A stretch of DNA of 64,000 nucleotides from Phycisphaerae bacterium (GCA_028289375.1 JANQQK010000086.1:41679-105678), one strand, 5' to 3'. Shown: positions 19,290 to 30,014, numbered from the stretch's first letter. Made by a program: numbers and translations. Notes: generated by a model not told the origin, from the sequence alone.

Positions 19290-21800
19290 ATGTTTGAACG
19301 ATTCACCGACCGAGCACGCAAAGTCATGGCGCTGGCGAATCAGGAAGCGCAGCGGTTCAACCATGAGTACATTGGCACTGAACATATTCTCCTTGGTTTG
19401 GTCAAGGAAGGGTCTGGTGTCGGGGCGAACGTGCTGAAGAACCTCGATGTGGATTTGCGGAAGGTCCGTCTTGAGGTGGAGAAGCTGGTCAAGAGTGGAC
19501 CTGACATGGTCACAATGGGCAAGCTGCCGCAGACGCCCCGGGCCAAGAAGGTGATCGAGTACGCGATCGAAGAGGCTCGCAATCTGAATCACAACTACGT
19601 CGGCACAGAGCACCTGCTGCTCGGGCTGCTGCGCGAGCATGATGGCGTGGCTGCTCAGGTGCTGATGAATCTTGGGCTTAAGCTTGAAGAGGTACGCGAA
19701 GAGGTTCTCAATCTTCTCGGAGCGGCAGGCGAGTCGGAAGAGGGCATGGTGTCCGGCGGCGGTGAGACGAAGGGTCGCAAGAGCAAGACGCCTGCCTTGG
19801 ATTCGTTCGGTCGTGATCTCACCGAATTGGCGCGGAACGGCAAGCTGGATCCGGTTATTGGTCGGTCGCGTGAGATTGAGCGGGTGATTCAGATTCTGTG
19901 TCGCCGTCAGAAGAACAACCCGGTGCTGCTTGGTGAAGCCGGTGTCGGTAAAACTGCGATCGTGGAAGGATTGGCGGCGAAGATTGTCGGGGGTGACATT
20001 CCCGAGATCTTGACGGATCGACGGATTGTTGTGCTCGACTTGGCCATGATGGTGGCGGGTACGAAGTATCGCGGCCAGTTTGAAGAGCGCATCAAGTCGG
20101 TGATGAACGAAGTCCGCCGCGCCCGAAACGTCATTTTGTTCATCGACGAATTGCACACACTCGTCGGGGCTGGTGGGGCAGAGGGTGCGATCGACGCGTC
20201 CAATGTGCTCAAGCCTGCACTGAGTCGTGGCGAGATCCAGTGCATCGGTGCGACGACGCTGGATGAGTATCGCAAGTACATCGAGAAGGATGGGGCGTTG
20301 GAGCGACGTTTCCAGCAGATCATTGTGGATCCGCCAAGTCGCGAGGAAACGATTTTGATTCTGCAGGGCCTCCGCGATCGGTACGAAGCGCACCACCGCG
20401 TGCGGTTCACCGACAAATCGCTGCAGGAGGCGGTCGATCTTTCGAATCGCTACATCCCCGGGCGCGTTCAGCCGGACAAGTCCATCGATGTGATTGATGA
20501 AGCGGGAGCTCGTCTGCGTTTGAAGACGATGACCAAACCGCCATCACTTGCCAAGGTTGAAGATGAAGTCGCTCAGCTCATGTCCGAGAAGGACGAGGCT
20601 GTCAAGAACGCGGATTATGAGCGTGCCGCGGAACTGCGTGACAAGGCTGAGTCGCTCAAGATCAAGTCTCGCGAGATGAAGCAGGAGTGGCGTGAGCAGA
20701 CGAAGGAAATTGATGGGGTCGTCGATGAGGAGGTGATCGCCGGCGTCGTGTCGAGCATGACCGGTATTCCGCTAACCAAGCTCGAGAAGGACGAGGTTGA
20801 GCGTCTGCTTTCGCTTGAAGATGAGCTGCACAAGCGTGTGATCAGCCAGAATGAGGCTGTCAGTGCGGTGTCCCGTGCGGTTCGTCGCAGTCGCAGCGGT
20901 TTGAAGGATCAGAATCGTCCGATGGGCAGCTTCATTTTCGTTGGGCCGTCGGGTGTGGGTAAGACGTACTTGGCGAAGTGCCTGGCTGAGTTCATGTTTG
21001 GTGATCCGGATGCGCTTCTGGTGATCGACATGTCGGAGTACATGGAGAAGCACAATGTGTCGCGCCTGATTGGTGCGCCTCCGGGATATGTGGGATACGA
21101 AGAGGGTGGTCAACTGACCGAGCGTATTCGGCGTCGTCCTTACTCTGTCATCCTGCTCGATGAGATCGAGAAGGCCCACGGTGACGTGTTCAACATGTTG
21201 CTGCAGATCATGGAAGAGGGTCGCCTGACAGATTCATTCGGTCGGCACGTTGACTTCAAGAACGCGATTCTGATCATGACGAGCAACATTGGTGCTGCCA
21301 AGATCACGCATCAGGAGGCGTTTGGATTCCAGAAGCGTGATGACGATGTCGACTATGGCAAGATGAAAGAGACGCTCAAGGGCGAGTTGGAGAATTACTT
21401 CCGACCTGAGTTCCTGAACCGTCTCGATGAGATCATCGTGTTCCGCAAACTGACGCATGACGATCTGACCAGCATCGTCGATCTTGAGCTGGACAAGCTG
21501 GCGAAGCGTCTCAAGGCCAAGCAGCTTGATCTTGAGCTGACGCAGGCAGCCAAGGACTTCCTCATTGATCGCGGTACGGATGAGAAGTTCGGTGCTCGTC
21601 CGCTGCGTCGTGCGATTGAACAATACGTCGAAGATTCACTGAGCGAGCAGATGCTTCGCGGCGAGTATGAAGGCTGCGATACGGTTCTCGTGGACGCCAA
21701 GGCTGGCGCAAACGAGGACGAGCTTGAGATGCTCACGTTCAAGGGTGAGAAACGTGGCAAGACGGAGCCGGAACCGGCGGTGGCCGGTGAGGCGACGTAG
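19290..21800 (+). CDS. clpC: ATP-dependent Clp protease ATP-binding subunit ClpC
   Basis: [12 protein letters not shown] Clp-N repeats, two AAA modules ([16 protein letters not shown]), UVR-like [12 protein letters not shown] loop. Confidence 0.97.
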   Translation: MFERFTDRARKVMALANQEAQRFNHEYIGTEHILLGLVKEGSGVGANVLKNLDVDLRKVRLEVEKLVKSGPDMVTMGKLPQTPRAKKVIEYAIEEARNLNHNYVGTEHLLLGLLREHDGVAAQVLMNLGLKLEEVREEVLNLLGAAGESEEGMVSGGGETKGRKSKTPALDSFGRDLTELARNGKLDPVIGRSREIERVIQILCRRQKNNPVLLGEAGVGKTAIVEGLAAKIVGGDIPEILTDRRIVVLDLAMMVAGTKYRGQFEERIKSVMNEVRRARNVILFIDELHTLVGAGGAEGAIDASNVLKPALSRGEIQCIGATTLDEYRKYIEKDGALERRFQQIIVDPPSREETILILQGLRDRYEAHHRVRFTDKSLQEAVDLSNRYIPGRVQPDKSIDVIDEAGARLRLKTMTKPPSLAKVEDEVAQLMSEKDEAVKNADYERAAELRDKAESLKIKSREMKQEWREQTKEIDGVVDEEVIAGVVSSMTGIPLTKLEKDEVERLLSLEDELHKRVISQNEAVSAVSRAVRRSRSGLKDQNRPMGSFIFVGPSGVGKTYLAKCLAEFMFGDPDALLVIDMSEYMEKHNVSRLIGAPPGYVGYEEGGQLTERIRRRPYSVILLDEIEKAHGDVFNMLLQIMEEGRLTDSFGRHVDFKNAILIMTSNIGAAKITHQEAFGFQKRDDDVDYGKMKETLKGELENYFRPEFLNRLDEIIVFRKLTHDDLTSIVDLELDKLAKRLKAKQLDLELTQAAKDFLIDRGTDEKFGARPLRRAIEQYVEDSLSEQMLRGEYEGCDTVLVDAKAGANEDELEMLTFKGEKRGKTEPEPAVAGEAT

Positions 21801-21827
21801 TTCCGTTCTCGATCAATCGAAAAACAG

Positions 21828-21865
21828 ACACCCCGTCAGGCGAGAATTCCTGGCGGGGTGTTTTT
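21828..21865. terminator. Intrinsic (probably bidirectional) terminator between clpC and etfA
   Basis: Stem ACACCCCGTCAGG / CCTGGCGGGGTGT followed by a T run, with an A run on the left. Confidence 0.8.
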
Positions 21866-21888
21866 CATTATCGGGTTCGGGCGAATGC

Positions 21889-22881
21889 CTACCCGGCCGC
21901 ATTGAGCTTCTTAAACTCCTCGGTGAGCAGGGGGACCATATCGAAGAGATCATGTACGACGCCATAGTTGGCGACACCAAAGATGGGGGCTTCCTTCTTG
22001 GTGTTGATGGCGACGATCACCTTGCTGCCGCGCATCCCGGCGAGATGCTGAATCGCGCCGTCGATGCCGCAGGCGACGTAGAGCGCCGGCGTTACAACCT
22101 TTCCGGTGAGGCCGACCTGGCGACTGTGTGGCTGGTATCCGGCGTCACAGGCGGCTCGCGACGCACCGACGGCCCCGTCAAGTGACTGTGCCAGATCATA
22201 GATGATCTTGAAGTTCTCCTCGGACTTCAGGGAGCGGCCGCCGGAGACAACGATGTCTCCTTCGGTGACATCCTTGACGCCACTTGAAGTGCTGACCACT
22301 TCCTGAACGGTGACGCGGTTGTCCTTGTCGCTGACGGTTGCGGAGACGGCGACCGTTTCGGCTGATGCTCCGTCCTGCTTTTCGGCAGCGGGGTAGGCGT
22401 TCGAGCGGATGGTGACGATCTGCAGTCGCGAGCCGGTGAGCTTGAACTTTGCGAACACCTTGCCGCAATAGAGTGTGCTCGTGGCGATGAGATCATCGCC
22501 GTCGGCTTCGACGTGTGTGCAGTCGATGACGAGCGCGGCTCGGCGTCGTGCACCGAGTCGCGACGCGAGGTCGCGGCCCATGAACGTCGTGGGGATGAAG
22601 ACGGCCTTGGGGCTGGCGGCTTCGACGGCGGCATCGAGTGCTGTGGTGTAGGCTGACGCGCGGTAGTGCTCAAAGGCCGGGTCATCGACGGTGTAGACTT
22701 TCTTGGCGCCGTATGCGGCGACTTCATTTGCCAAGCCGGCGATGTCCTTGCCGACGATGCAGGCTTCGACGTGGCCGCCGGCTTTGTCGGCCACTTCCTT
22801 GGCGGCCTGCATGAGTTGGAAAACGGCGGGCAGAATCCTGCCGCCGCGCTGTTCGACGAAAACGAGTACGTTGCTTGCCAT
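21889..22881 (-). CDS. etfA: Electron transfer flavoprotein alpha subunit
   Basis: VVSGGR, VGASRAACDAG, QVGLTGK, GIDGAIQHLAGM. Confidence 0.96.
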   Translation of the reverse strand: MASNVLVFVEQRGGRILPAVFQLMQAAKEVADKAGGHVEACIVGKDIAGLANEVAAYGAKKVYTVDDPAFEHYRASAYTTALDAAVEAASPKAVFIPTTFMGRDLASRLGARRRAALVIDCTHVEADGDDLIATSTLYCGKVFAKFKLTGSRLQIVTIRSNAYPAAEKQDGASAETVAVSATVSDKDNRVTVQEVVSTSSGVKDVTEGDIVVSGGRSLKSEENFKIIYDLAQSLDGAVGASRAACDAGYQPHSRQVGLTGKVVTPALYVACGIDGAIQHLAGMRGSKVIVAINTKKEAPIFGVANYGVVHDLFDMVPLLTEEFKKLNAAG

Positions 22882-22882
22882 G

Positions 22883-23674
22883 TTAGACGACCTTCGCTTC
22901 TTCTCTCAGGAGACGGACCAGTTCGCGAGCCATGTCAGCCGGCTCGCCCTCGATGAACTTGCACTCAGGACGCGGTGGTGGTGGGGTCATTTCGACCAGA
23001 TCGGTTCCGGTGGTGCCAGCATCGACGTCGGGCAGCTCTGCGGACGTGAGCTTCTCAACCGGTTTCTTCTTGGCTTTCATCAGGTTGGGCAGCGATGGGT
23101 ATCGCGGCTCGACCAAGCCCTTCTCGATGGTGAGCAGTGCGGGCAGCTTGGCGTTGACGACTTCCTCGGCGCCTTCGATGCGACGGCGGGCTGTGAATCC
23201 CGAGCCGTCGTCGGCCATGTCCAGCCCTTGAACGGCGCCGACGTGGGGAAGATCGAGGAACTCGGCGAGTGCCGGTCCTACGGCGCCGCTGTCGAGGTCG
23301 ATGTTGTGCTTGCCGCAGAGGATGAGATCGTAGCCTTTCTCATCTTTCTTGATGGCTTGGGCGATGGCGTAGGCGGCGAACAATTCGTTCATGTTTTCGA
23401 ATTTTGGATCACAGACGTGGATCGCGCGATCGGCGCCCATGGCGAGGGCGGTGCGGATCACGTCGGTGGCTTTCTCGCCACCAAGGCAGATGGCGACGAT
23501 TTCCTCGACGTCGCTGCGTTTTTCGCGCAGTTGGACGGCCAATTCGACGCCGAATTCGTCGAACGGGTCGCAGACGGTCTTGAGACCGGCTTCCTCGATG
23601 CCCGATCCGTCGCCCTTGACCTTGATGGCGGCGTTGGAGTCGGGGACTTGTTTGATCACGGTCAGAATTCTCAC
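22883..23674 (-). CDS. etfB: Electron transfer flavoprotein beta subunit
   Basis: IKQVPD, DPFDE, ALAMGADRA, EPRYPSLPNLMKAKKKP. Confidence 0.96.
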   Translation of the reverse strand: MRILTVIKQVPDSNAAIKVKGDGSGIEEAGLKTVCDPFDEFGVELAVQLREKRSDVEEIVAICLGGEKATDVIRTALAMGADRAIHVCDPKFENMNELFAAYAIAQAIKKDEKGYDLILCGKHNIDLDSGAVGPALAEFLDLPHVGAVQGLDMADDGSGFTARRRIEGAEEVVNAKLPALLTIEKGLVEPRYPSLPNLMKAKKKPVEKLTSAELPDVDAGTTGTDLVEMTPPPPRPECKFIEGEPADMARELVRLLREEAKVV

Positions 23675-23830
23675 GTGCAGTCACTCCGTCGGTGGGTTGA
23701 AAATTTCACGACATTGCCCCGTTGCAGGGCACCCTCGGAAGGGATGTTAGCGTAAGGCGTGGGGTTTGTGGAGTCGAGCGGCGGAAGATGGTTGTTGCCT
23801 CTCAGGGCGGAATCGGGCAGATTGGTTTCC

Positions 23831-24613
23831 ATGGTGGCAGGCGGCATAGCTGGTGGCGAGGGGGAGTTGTTCCGGTCGGCGACATGGTACGACCAGACGA
23901 TCAACTGGGAGGCTCGTCTCGGCCGGGAAATCGACGTGCTGGCCGAGGTGTTCGGGTCGCCGGGGGATGGTGGCGTCATTGATGCGGGGTGCGGACCGGG
24001 TCGTCACGCGTGTGCGATGGCGGCGAGGGGGTATCGGGTGACGGGAGCGGACATCAGCGATGAGATGCTGGTGGTGGCCACGGAACACGCGACGAAGATG
24101 GCGGAAGACGTATCTTTTGTGGCGTGCTCGTATGCGGAGTTGGGCGATCACGTGGGCAGTGGCCACGACGGCATCTTCTGTATCGGAAACGGATTGGCGG
24201 TGGCGGGGACGCAACCGGACGTGGCTGCATCGATTGAGGGGTTGTGTGGCACGCTTCGGGTCGGCGGCAAGCTCTTCATCCAGATGTTGAACTTCACACT
24301 GATGCATGGCGAGAACCCGTGCGTGCGGGGGCCTCGCGTGGTGACGGTTGACGGTGTTGAGTATGTCTCGTTTCGGACGTACCAGTTCGGACAGCATGTC
24401 GTTGAGGTGGTGAATACGACGCTGTGGCATGACAGTGGCTGGCAGATGCGGTCGTGGAGTGGTCGGCTGATTCCGATTGAACGGTATGTGCTGGTGAATC
24501 TGCTGGAAGCGTGCGGGATGGATGTGCTGCACACGTGGGGCTCGTATGCGCAGGAACCGTTCGATATCGCCGAATCGCGGGATTTGATCGTCGTCGCTGA
24601 GAAACGGGGGTAA
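23831..24613 (+). CDS. Class I SAM-dependent methyltransferase
   Basis: VIDAGCGPGRH, GADISDEML, CIGN, LRVGGKL; start uncertain (23759 or 23831). Confidence 0.88.
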   Translation: MVAGGIAGGEGELFRSATWYDQTINWEARLGREIDVLAEVFGSPGDGGVIDAGCGPGRHACAMAARGYRVTGADISDEMLVVATEHATKMAEDVSFVACSYAELGDHVGSGHDGIFCIGNGLAVAGTQPDVAASIEGLCGTLRVGGKLFIQMLNFTLMHGENPCVRGPRVVTVDGVEYVSFRTYQFGQHVVEVVNTTLWHDSGWQMRSWSGRLIPIERYVLVNLLEACGMDVLHTWGSYAQEPFDIAESRDLIVVAEKRG

Positions 24614-24796
24614 CTGCCATCTCCGCCGCGATGACGCGCGTGCAGATCGCCCGAACGTCCCATCATCCACATTTTCCAGAAAAAAGCGTCACTCCTGAAA
24701 GGTCGCACGTCCTGTAGGCCCAATGTCCTCCGGGAGACCGACAACGGTGCGGTCGTGCCCGGAAGAGTTCTGGACTTTGGACCACGGAGTTGCGTC

Positions 24797-26320
24797 ATGA
24801 GAAAACGGTACGTCAATCTACTCTTTGCTTGGGGAGCGTGTTGCGTGTTTGGCGGGACAGCGATGGCTGACCCGATCATCCGGGTGTTCACGATTCACTC
24901 CGGCAGTGTGCAGGACATCGATCCGGGCGAGTCGGTCCTTACATTCGCGCGACCTCACGAGCGGTTCGATTTTGAATTCATTGTTGAGAATGTCGGTGAC
25001 GGATTTCTCGGAACCGATCGAATTGAGGCGACGTTCAGCGACGATTTACCGGGCCGTAGATCCGGGCACTCCTCGAATCCGGACGGCTTTGTTGGCCACG
25101 TCGGATTCCTGCCGGACGAGATCGGCCCCTTCGCCATCGACGTCTCGGTGTTTACGAACTTGCCGGACTCGCCTTTCGAATTCACGATTGAGGGATTCAT
25201 TCGGGATCCGATTCTGCTCCTTTCGCACAACGGTGCATTCGTGTCGTCCGAGGAGCCGATCACGTTGGCATCGGTGGGGGTCGGGGAATCTGTGGCGGCT
25301 GTGATCGAAGCGAAGAACTCCGGCAACGCGTTTCTCGAATTCGGCAGTCAGCCGACGATTGTTGAGATGACCGGGAATGGTGATGGGAGCGAACTCACGC
25401 TGACCCATCCTCAATATGTGCAGCATGAGACTGCTGTCGATCTGTTCGTGGAGTTTCGGCCGCAGAGCGACGGTGCGCGGGCATTCCTCGTCACACTCCC
25501 GTCAAATGCCACGGACTCGCCTCACGAGTTTGTGATTGAAGCACAGGTGCTGCCGTCGTTTCCGGATTGCAATGCGAACGATATTGACGACTTTGATGAC
25601 ATCGGCCTGGGCACGTCGATGGACTGTGACCGGAACGAAGAGCCCGATGAATGTCAGGGGGATTCCGACGGCGACGGTGTGATTGATCCATGCGATGCCT
25701 GCCCTGGTGAGGATGATCTGCTGGACAGCGATGGCGACCTCGTGGCTGACTGTCTGGACAATTGTCCCGACATACCGAATGAGGATCAGTTGGATTCGAA
25801 TGGGGATGGCGTTGGTGATGCCTGCGATGCGGGTGAACCTGAACCGCCGATCGACGAGGATCCTGAAATCAGCGACTGCAACGAGAACGGGACCGACGAT
25901 ATTGATGATGTGGACGATGGTTCTTCAGCGGACTGCAATCGCAATGACGTGCCCGATGAATGCGAGTCGGACAGCGATGGTGATGGCGTCATTGATGGTT
26001 GCGACCGTTGCCCCGGTGAGGATGATGCGGTGGATCGCGATGACGACAGTGTGCCGGACTGTGTGGACAACTGCCCGGAGGTTGCGAACGCATCGCAGAC
26101 CGATTCGGACAGCGATGGTGTGGGTGATGCTTGTGAAGAGATCGCGGGCCGGGATGTGGACAATGCTGACCCGAGTCCGGATGACGGCGAAACGCCCGAA
26201 GTTGACGTTGCGACGCAGTTCTGCGGAACCGGGATTGCGACGTTCATGCCCTTTTCCATGTTCGGACTCATCGGCCTTCGATCAAGGCGTCGGCCATTGC
26301 CCGCGCGAAGCCGACGATGA
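24797..26320 (+). CDS. Secreted surface protein: Ig-like domains + TSP3-like Ca-binding repeats + Cys/TM/Arg C-terminal anchor
   Basis: Signal peptide; two Ig/choice-of-anchor-D-like segments; DSDGDGV.D.CD.CP repeats; tail FCGTG-hydrophobic-RSRRR. Confidence 0.8.
   Translation: MRKRYVNLLFAWGACCVFGGTAMADPIIRVFTIHSGSVQDIDPGESVLTFARPHERFDFEFIVENVGDGFLGTDRIEATFSDDLPGRRSGHSSNPDGFVGHVGFLPDEIGPFAIDVSVFTNLPDSPFEFTIEGFIRDPILLLSHNGAFVSSEEPITLASVGVGESVAAVIEAKNSGNAFLEFGSQPTIVEMTGNGDGSELTLTHPQYVQHETAVDLFVEFRPQSDGARAFLVTLPSNATDSPHEFVIEAQVLPSFPDCNANDIDDFDDIGLGTSMDCDRNEEPDECQGDSDGDGVIDPCDACPGEDDLLDSDGDLVADCLDNCPDIPNEDQLDSNGDGVGDACDAGEPEPPIDEDPEISDCNENGTDDIDDVDDGSSADCNRNDVPDECESDSDGDGVIDGCDRCPGEDDAVDRDDDSVPDCVDNCPEVANASQTDSDSDGVGDACEEIAGRDVDNADPSPDDGETPEVDVATQFCGTGIATFMPFSMFGLIGLRSRRRPLPARSRR
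25565..26137 (+). repeat. Intragenic duplication of an 88-aa Asp/Cys-rich module
   Basis: Units 25565-25828 and 25874-26137 (264 nt each) are colinear, DCN...DCD/N...PDEC...DNCP...GVGDAC. Confidence 0.85.
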
Positions 26321-26342
26321 CACGGGTTCCCCCAAGCCAGTC

Positions 26343-26894
26343 CTATGACTTGGACATCCAGTGCATCCACTTTCGCACCATGCGTTGCACCGATGCGTCT
26401 GATGACAGACGCAAGGCCTCGTCGGGCGTGCACCAACGGAGCTCATGGGATTCGTCGCTGATGATGAAATGATCTTCGGTGTCGGCTTGGAGCAGGAAAC
26501 GAATGTCGTGGTGGTCGTGGGTGGGTGTCTGGCCATAAGGTGGGATACGGTGAACGTCGAGATCGAAGATGTCGGTGGAAACGGCGTGGATGCGGTCGAG
26601 GCCTGATTCCTCGCGGGCTTCCTGAAGCGCGACATCGAGAATGTCGGTATTGCCGTCCGCATGGCCTCCAAGTTGCAACCACATGTCAAGTTTCTTGTGG
26701 TGGGTGAGCAGGGCGCGGTCGCCGGTACGATTGAGCAGCCAGGCTGATCCGGTGAGGTGGCCAACCGCAAGTGAGCGTTCAAAGCAGTCGGGATGGTTCT
26801 GGACGAACGCGACGATGCGGTCACGCTGGGTGGCATCCTCGCCATCAAGCGGTTGGTAAGCTCGGAGCTTGGCGAGAATGTCGCGGCGGTGCAT
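26343..26894 (-). CDS. NUDIX hydrolase
   Basis: Nudix box GGHADG...ALQEAREESGL; GHLTGSAW; H.D.RF. Confidence 0.92.
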   Translation of the reverse strand: MHRRDILAKLRAYQPLDGEDATQRDRIVAFVQNHPDCFERSLAVGHLTGSAWLLNRTGDRALLTHHKKLDMWLQLGGHADGNTDILDVALQEAREESGLDRIHAVSTDIFDLDVHRIPPYGQTPTHDHHDIRFLLQADTEDHFIISDESHELRWCTPDEALRLSSDASVQRMVRKWMHWMSKS

Positions 26895-26896
26895 GG

Positions 26897-27358
26897 TTAG
26901 ACCTTGGTTTCACACTGAGTGAACGACTCGAGAATCGCAAGCGCGCGGGTGAGCGTCACGCGATCGTGCCGGGATAGCGTCCTCACCCAATCGGACAACC
27001 GAGTGACTCGGCGGAGTCGACCGGCGTGTAAGCGTTTTCTACCGGTGGCGGTGGCTTGCACAATCGTCACGCGGCGATCGTTTGCCGGCGTCGTACGTTT
27101 CACCAGACCTTCTGATTCGAGGTCTTTCACCAGCCGCGTGATGGTCGGCGGGGTGACCTGTTCTGCTTGAGCGAGCTTCCCGAGGGTAATGGGTCCTGCA
27201 AATACGATAACGGAAAGAGCGGACAGCTTCGGGGCGGTGAGTCCGGTCTGGATGTCGACGGCGCGCAGCTTGCGGAGAACGTGGATAGCGGCGGAGTGGA
27301 CACCATTGGCCAGTTCGAGAGGATCAGGGCTGTGCCGGATTGATGGTTTTCGCGTCAT
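26897..27358 (-). CDS. MarR family transcriptional regulator
   Basis: LAQAEQVTPPTITRLVKDLESEGLV...DRR winged HTH. Confidence 0.92.
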   Translation of the reverse strand: MTRKPSIRHSPDPLELANGVHSAAIHVLRKLRAVDIQTGLTAPKLSALSVIVFAGPITLGKLAQAEQVTPPTITRLVKDLESEGLVKRTTPANDRRVTIVQATATGRKRLHAGRLRRVTRLSDWVRTLSRHDRVTLTRALAILESFTQCETKV

Positions 27359-27423
27359 GGGGCTGAAACAAGTGACGAGCATCGGAATTACAAGCTTGAC
27401 CAGAGGTCCACCGTTCCTTATAT

Positions 27424-27440
27424 TTAGTTTTGCTAACTAA
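27424..27440. promoter_or_regulatory. Putative MarR operator in the divergent promoter
   Basis: AT-rich inverted repeat TTAGTT-N5-AACTAA between marR and the ankyrin gene. Confidence 0.45.
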
Positions 27441-27466
27441 CTTTGTCAAGGCATAAGGAGAGTATC

Positions 27467-28138
27467 ATGCCCGACAAGAGTATCAGCAATACAGACCGGC
27501 TGTTCGAATCAATCGCGGCCGGGAACGTCAGCGCCGTGCGCGAACTCCTTACGAAAGATTCGTCAGTCGCCGAGGCGCGAGATGAGCAGGGAGTGTCGGC
27601 GATTGTCTTTTCTCTCTATCACCAACAAACGGATATTGCCGATGTGTTGCGTTCGTCTCGCGGGGATCTTGACGCATTCGAGGCTGCTGCACTTGGCGAA
27701 TTCGGCTGCTTGCGTGATTTGCTGCGCGACAATCCGGCGCTGAAATCTGCGTATTCCCCTGATGGGTTCACTCTGCTCGCACTCGCATGCTATTTGGGAC
27801 GGGAAACGGCAGCCAGGCTGCTCATTGATGCGGGTGCGGATGTGAATGCTGAGTCGAGTAACGGTGCAAAGCTGCGTTGCCTGCATGGTGCTGTCGCGGG
27901 GCGTCACACCGGTGTTCTTCGATTGCTGCTCGAGGCGGGTGCCGATCCCAATGTTCGCCAGGCGGGCGGCTGGACACCGCTGCATGGAGCGGCCAACCAC
28001 GGGGATGAAGAACAGGTGAGGCTGCTGCTTGCGCGTGGGGCTGACAGGTCGATACAAAGCGATGAGGGTAAGACAGCGCGTGACATGGCGGATGCCAAGG
28101 AATTCGACGCGGTGGTCATGCTGCTTGACAAGGCCTGA
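27467..28138 (+). CDS. Ankyrin repeat protein
   Basis: DGFTLLALAC..G, LLIDAGADVN, GWTPLHGAA..G, LLLARGAD; SD AAGGAG. Confidence 0.92.
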   Translation: MPDKSISNTDRLFESIAAGNVSAVRELLTKDSSVAEARDEQGVSAIVFSLYHQQTDIADVLRSSRGDLDAFEAAALGEFGCLRDLLRDNPALKSAYSPDGFTLLALACYLGRETAARLLIDAGADVNAESSNGAKLRCLHGAVAGRHTGVLRLLLEAGADPNVRQAGGWTPLHGAANHGDEEQVRLLLARGADRSIQSDEGKTARDMADAKEFDAVVMLLDKA

Positions 28139-28150
28139 TGGACTCCCCAT

Positions 28151-29914
28151 ATGTCCATGCGATCCATAGATGAACTGTTGCAAACGTTGATGCGGATCGA
28201 CGGACGCGGGTACAAGGCGTACAAGGACATTCGCGGTGCCTATCGTGCGACGACGCACAGTCTGCACATCGATCATGTTCAGGGGGACCCGTTTGCCGAG
28301 CCGTCTAAGCTGCGCGTTCGTGTGCCTCAGCAAGTGGCAGCCATACCGAAGGGTTTACATTCCAATCGTGTGCGACGGATTGCGCTGCAGGATGTGCTGA
28401 CGCGGGAGTTCGCGGATGTCGTGCAGCGAACAAGGTCACGGTCACGCGGGAGTGGTAAGAGCGGGCTGATTCTCGTTGATACGGGGCGACAGGAAGTGCT
28501 GGAGCGGACGTCGTGTCTGGTGACCGAGGGCTTTGTTGAAATCCGCTTGCAGGTTGGGCTGCCCGCAGCGGGGCGATCGGTGCTTGGACGGGAAGCGGAG
28601 CGGCTGCTAACGGAGGTCTTGTTACAGCTTGTCGAGCAATCGCTTCTGTGGGCGAATCTACCCCAGGGGGACATCGCGCGTTTCGTCGATTGCGTGGAGA
28701 ATCAGGAGCACGTCCGTGCTCAGTTGGCAGAGATGAATGCGGTGGCGTTCGTGGCTGACGGTTCGAACCTGCCACGGGCGGATGGCGTGTCGGATCGGCC
28801 GATGGCGGTGGATCGTTCGACGCTCTTTGGGTCGCCCAAATCCCTTCGCGTGATGATGCCCTTGCTGCATGAGATTGATTGGGATGGTCATCGCGTCTCA
28901 TCGCTGTCGGGAATGGCAATTCCGGCTGGTGTGACCCTGATCGTCGGCGGCGGTTACCACGGCAAGTCGACATTGCTCAAGGCGATTGAACGGGGTGTTT
29001 ATCCACATGTGCCGGGGGATGGTCGTGAATACGTGGTGACACGCGGGGATGCGGTGAAGATCCGGGCTGAGGATGGTCGGCGGGTCGAGCGGACGGACAT
29101 TTCGGCGTTCATCAACAACCTGCCGCAGAAGCGGAGCACTCTGTCATTCTGCAGCGACGATGCCAGTGGTAGCACGAGTCAGGCGGCCAACATCACGGAG
29201 GCGTTAGAGAGCGGGTCGCGGCTGCTGCTTCTGGACGAGGACACGTGTGCGACCAATTTCATGATGCGTGACGCTCGGATGCAGGAACTCGTGCGTCGTG
29301 AGCAGGAGCCAATCACACCGTTTGTGGATCGCGTGCGTGAAATGTATAACGCGGCTAGAATGTCGACCGTGCTGGTGATGGGCGGGTGCGGGGATTACTT
29401 CGATGCGGCAGACACGGTGATTCAGATGACCGAGTTCGTGCCGGCAGACGTCACTGAGAAAGCAAAGTGCATTGCCGCCCAGCATGCGACCGGTCGATGC
29501 GTGGAAGCGGTGACGCCATGGGGGTTAGGATCGCGTCGCGTACCGCTGCGGTCGGGTTTTGATGCGTCGCGGGGGCGACGCGATGTGAAGATTCAAACGC
29601 GCGGGCCGGACAAGATCGTCTTCGGTCGGCATGACATCGACCTGCGGGCCGTCGAGCAGATTGTGGATCCCAGTCAGACCGGTGCGATCGCGATGGCGAT
29701 CCACTACGCCAGCCAGCATCTGGTTGATGATGAACGATCGCTGCCGGACATTCTTGATCGGCTCGAAGATATACTCACTCATGAGGGGTTGGATGTTCTT
29801 GATCCGTGGTGCCGGGATGGGGAGCACCCGGGGAACTTGGCGCGGTTTCGACGGTATGAGTTGGCGGCGGCGATGAATCGGCTGCGAACACTGACGATCG
29901 CGTCGAACCGATAA
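28151..29914 (+). CDS. ABC-class ATPase domain protein of unknown function (ABC_ATPase family)
   Basis: IDHVQGDPFA.PS, Walker A GGGYHGKST, IRAEDGR, ASGSTSQAAN, LLLDEDTCATNFM, EPITP. Confidence 0.9.
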   Translation: MSMRSIDELLQTLMRIDGRGYKAYKDIRGAYRATTHSLHIDHVQGDPFAEPSKLRVRVPQQVAAIPKGLHSNRVRRIALQDVLTREFADVVQRTRSRSRGSGKSGLILVDTGRQEVLERTSCLVTEGFVEIRLQVGLPAAGRSVLGREAERLLTEVLLQLVEQSLLWANLPQGDIARFVDCVENQEHVRAQLAEMNAVAFVADGSNLPRADGVSDRPMAVDRSTLFGSPKSLRVMMPLLHEIDWDGHRVSSLSGMAIPAGVTLIVGGGYHGKSTLLKAIERGVYPHVPGDGREYVVTRGDAVKIRAEDGRRVERTDISAFINNLPQKRSTLSFCSDDASGSTSQAANITEALESGSRLLLLDEDTCATNFMMRDARMQELVRREQEPITPFVDRVREMYNAARMSTVLVMGGCGDYFDAADTVIQMTEFVPADVTEKAKCIAAQHATGRCVEAVTPWGLGSRRVPLRSGFDASRGRRDVKIQTRGPDKIVFGRHDIDLRAVEQIVDPSQTGAIAMAIHYASQHLVDDERSLPDILDRLEDILTHEGLDVLDPWCRDGEHPGNLARFRRYELAAAMNRLRTLTIASNR

Positions 29915-30014
29915 TATCGGGTCAAGGTCCGTGAGGATTATCATCTTCGATTCTGCCGGCGCGCCTTGCACGTGAATCTTACCTTCACAGTGATCTGTGC
30001 GCTGGAGGACGCGT

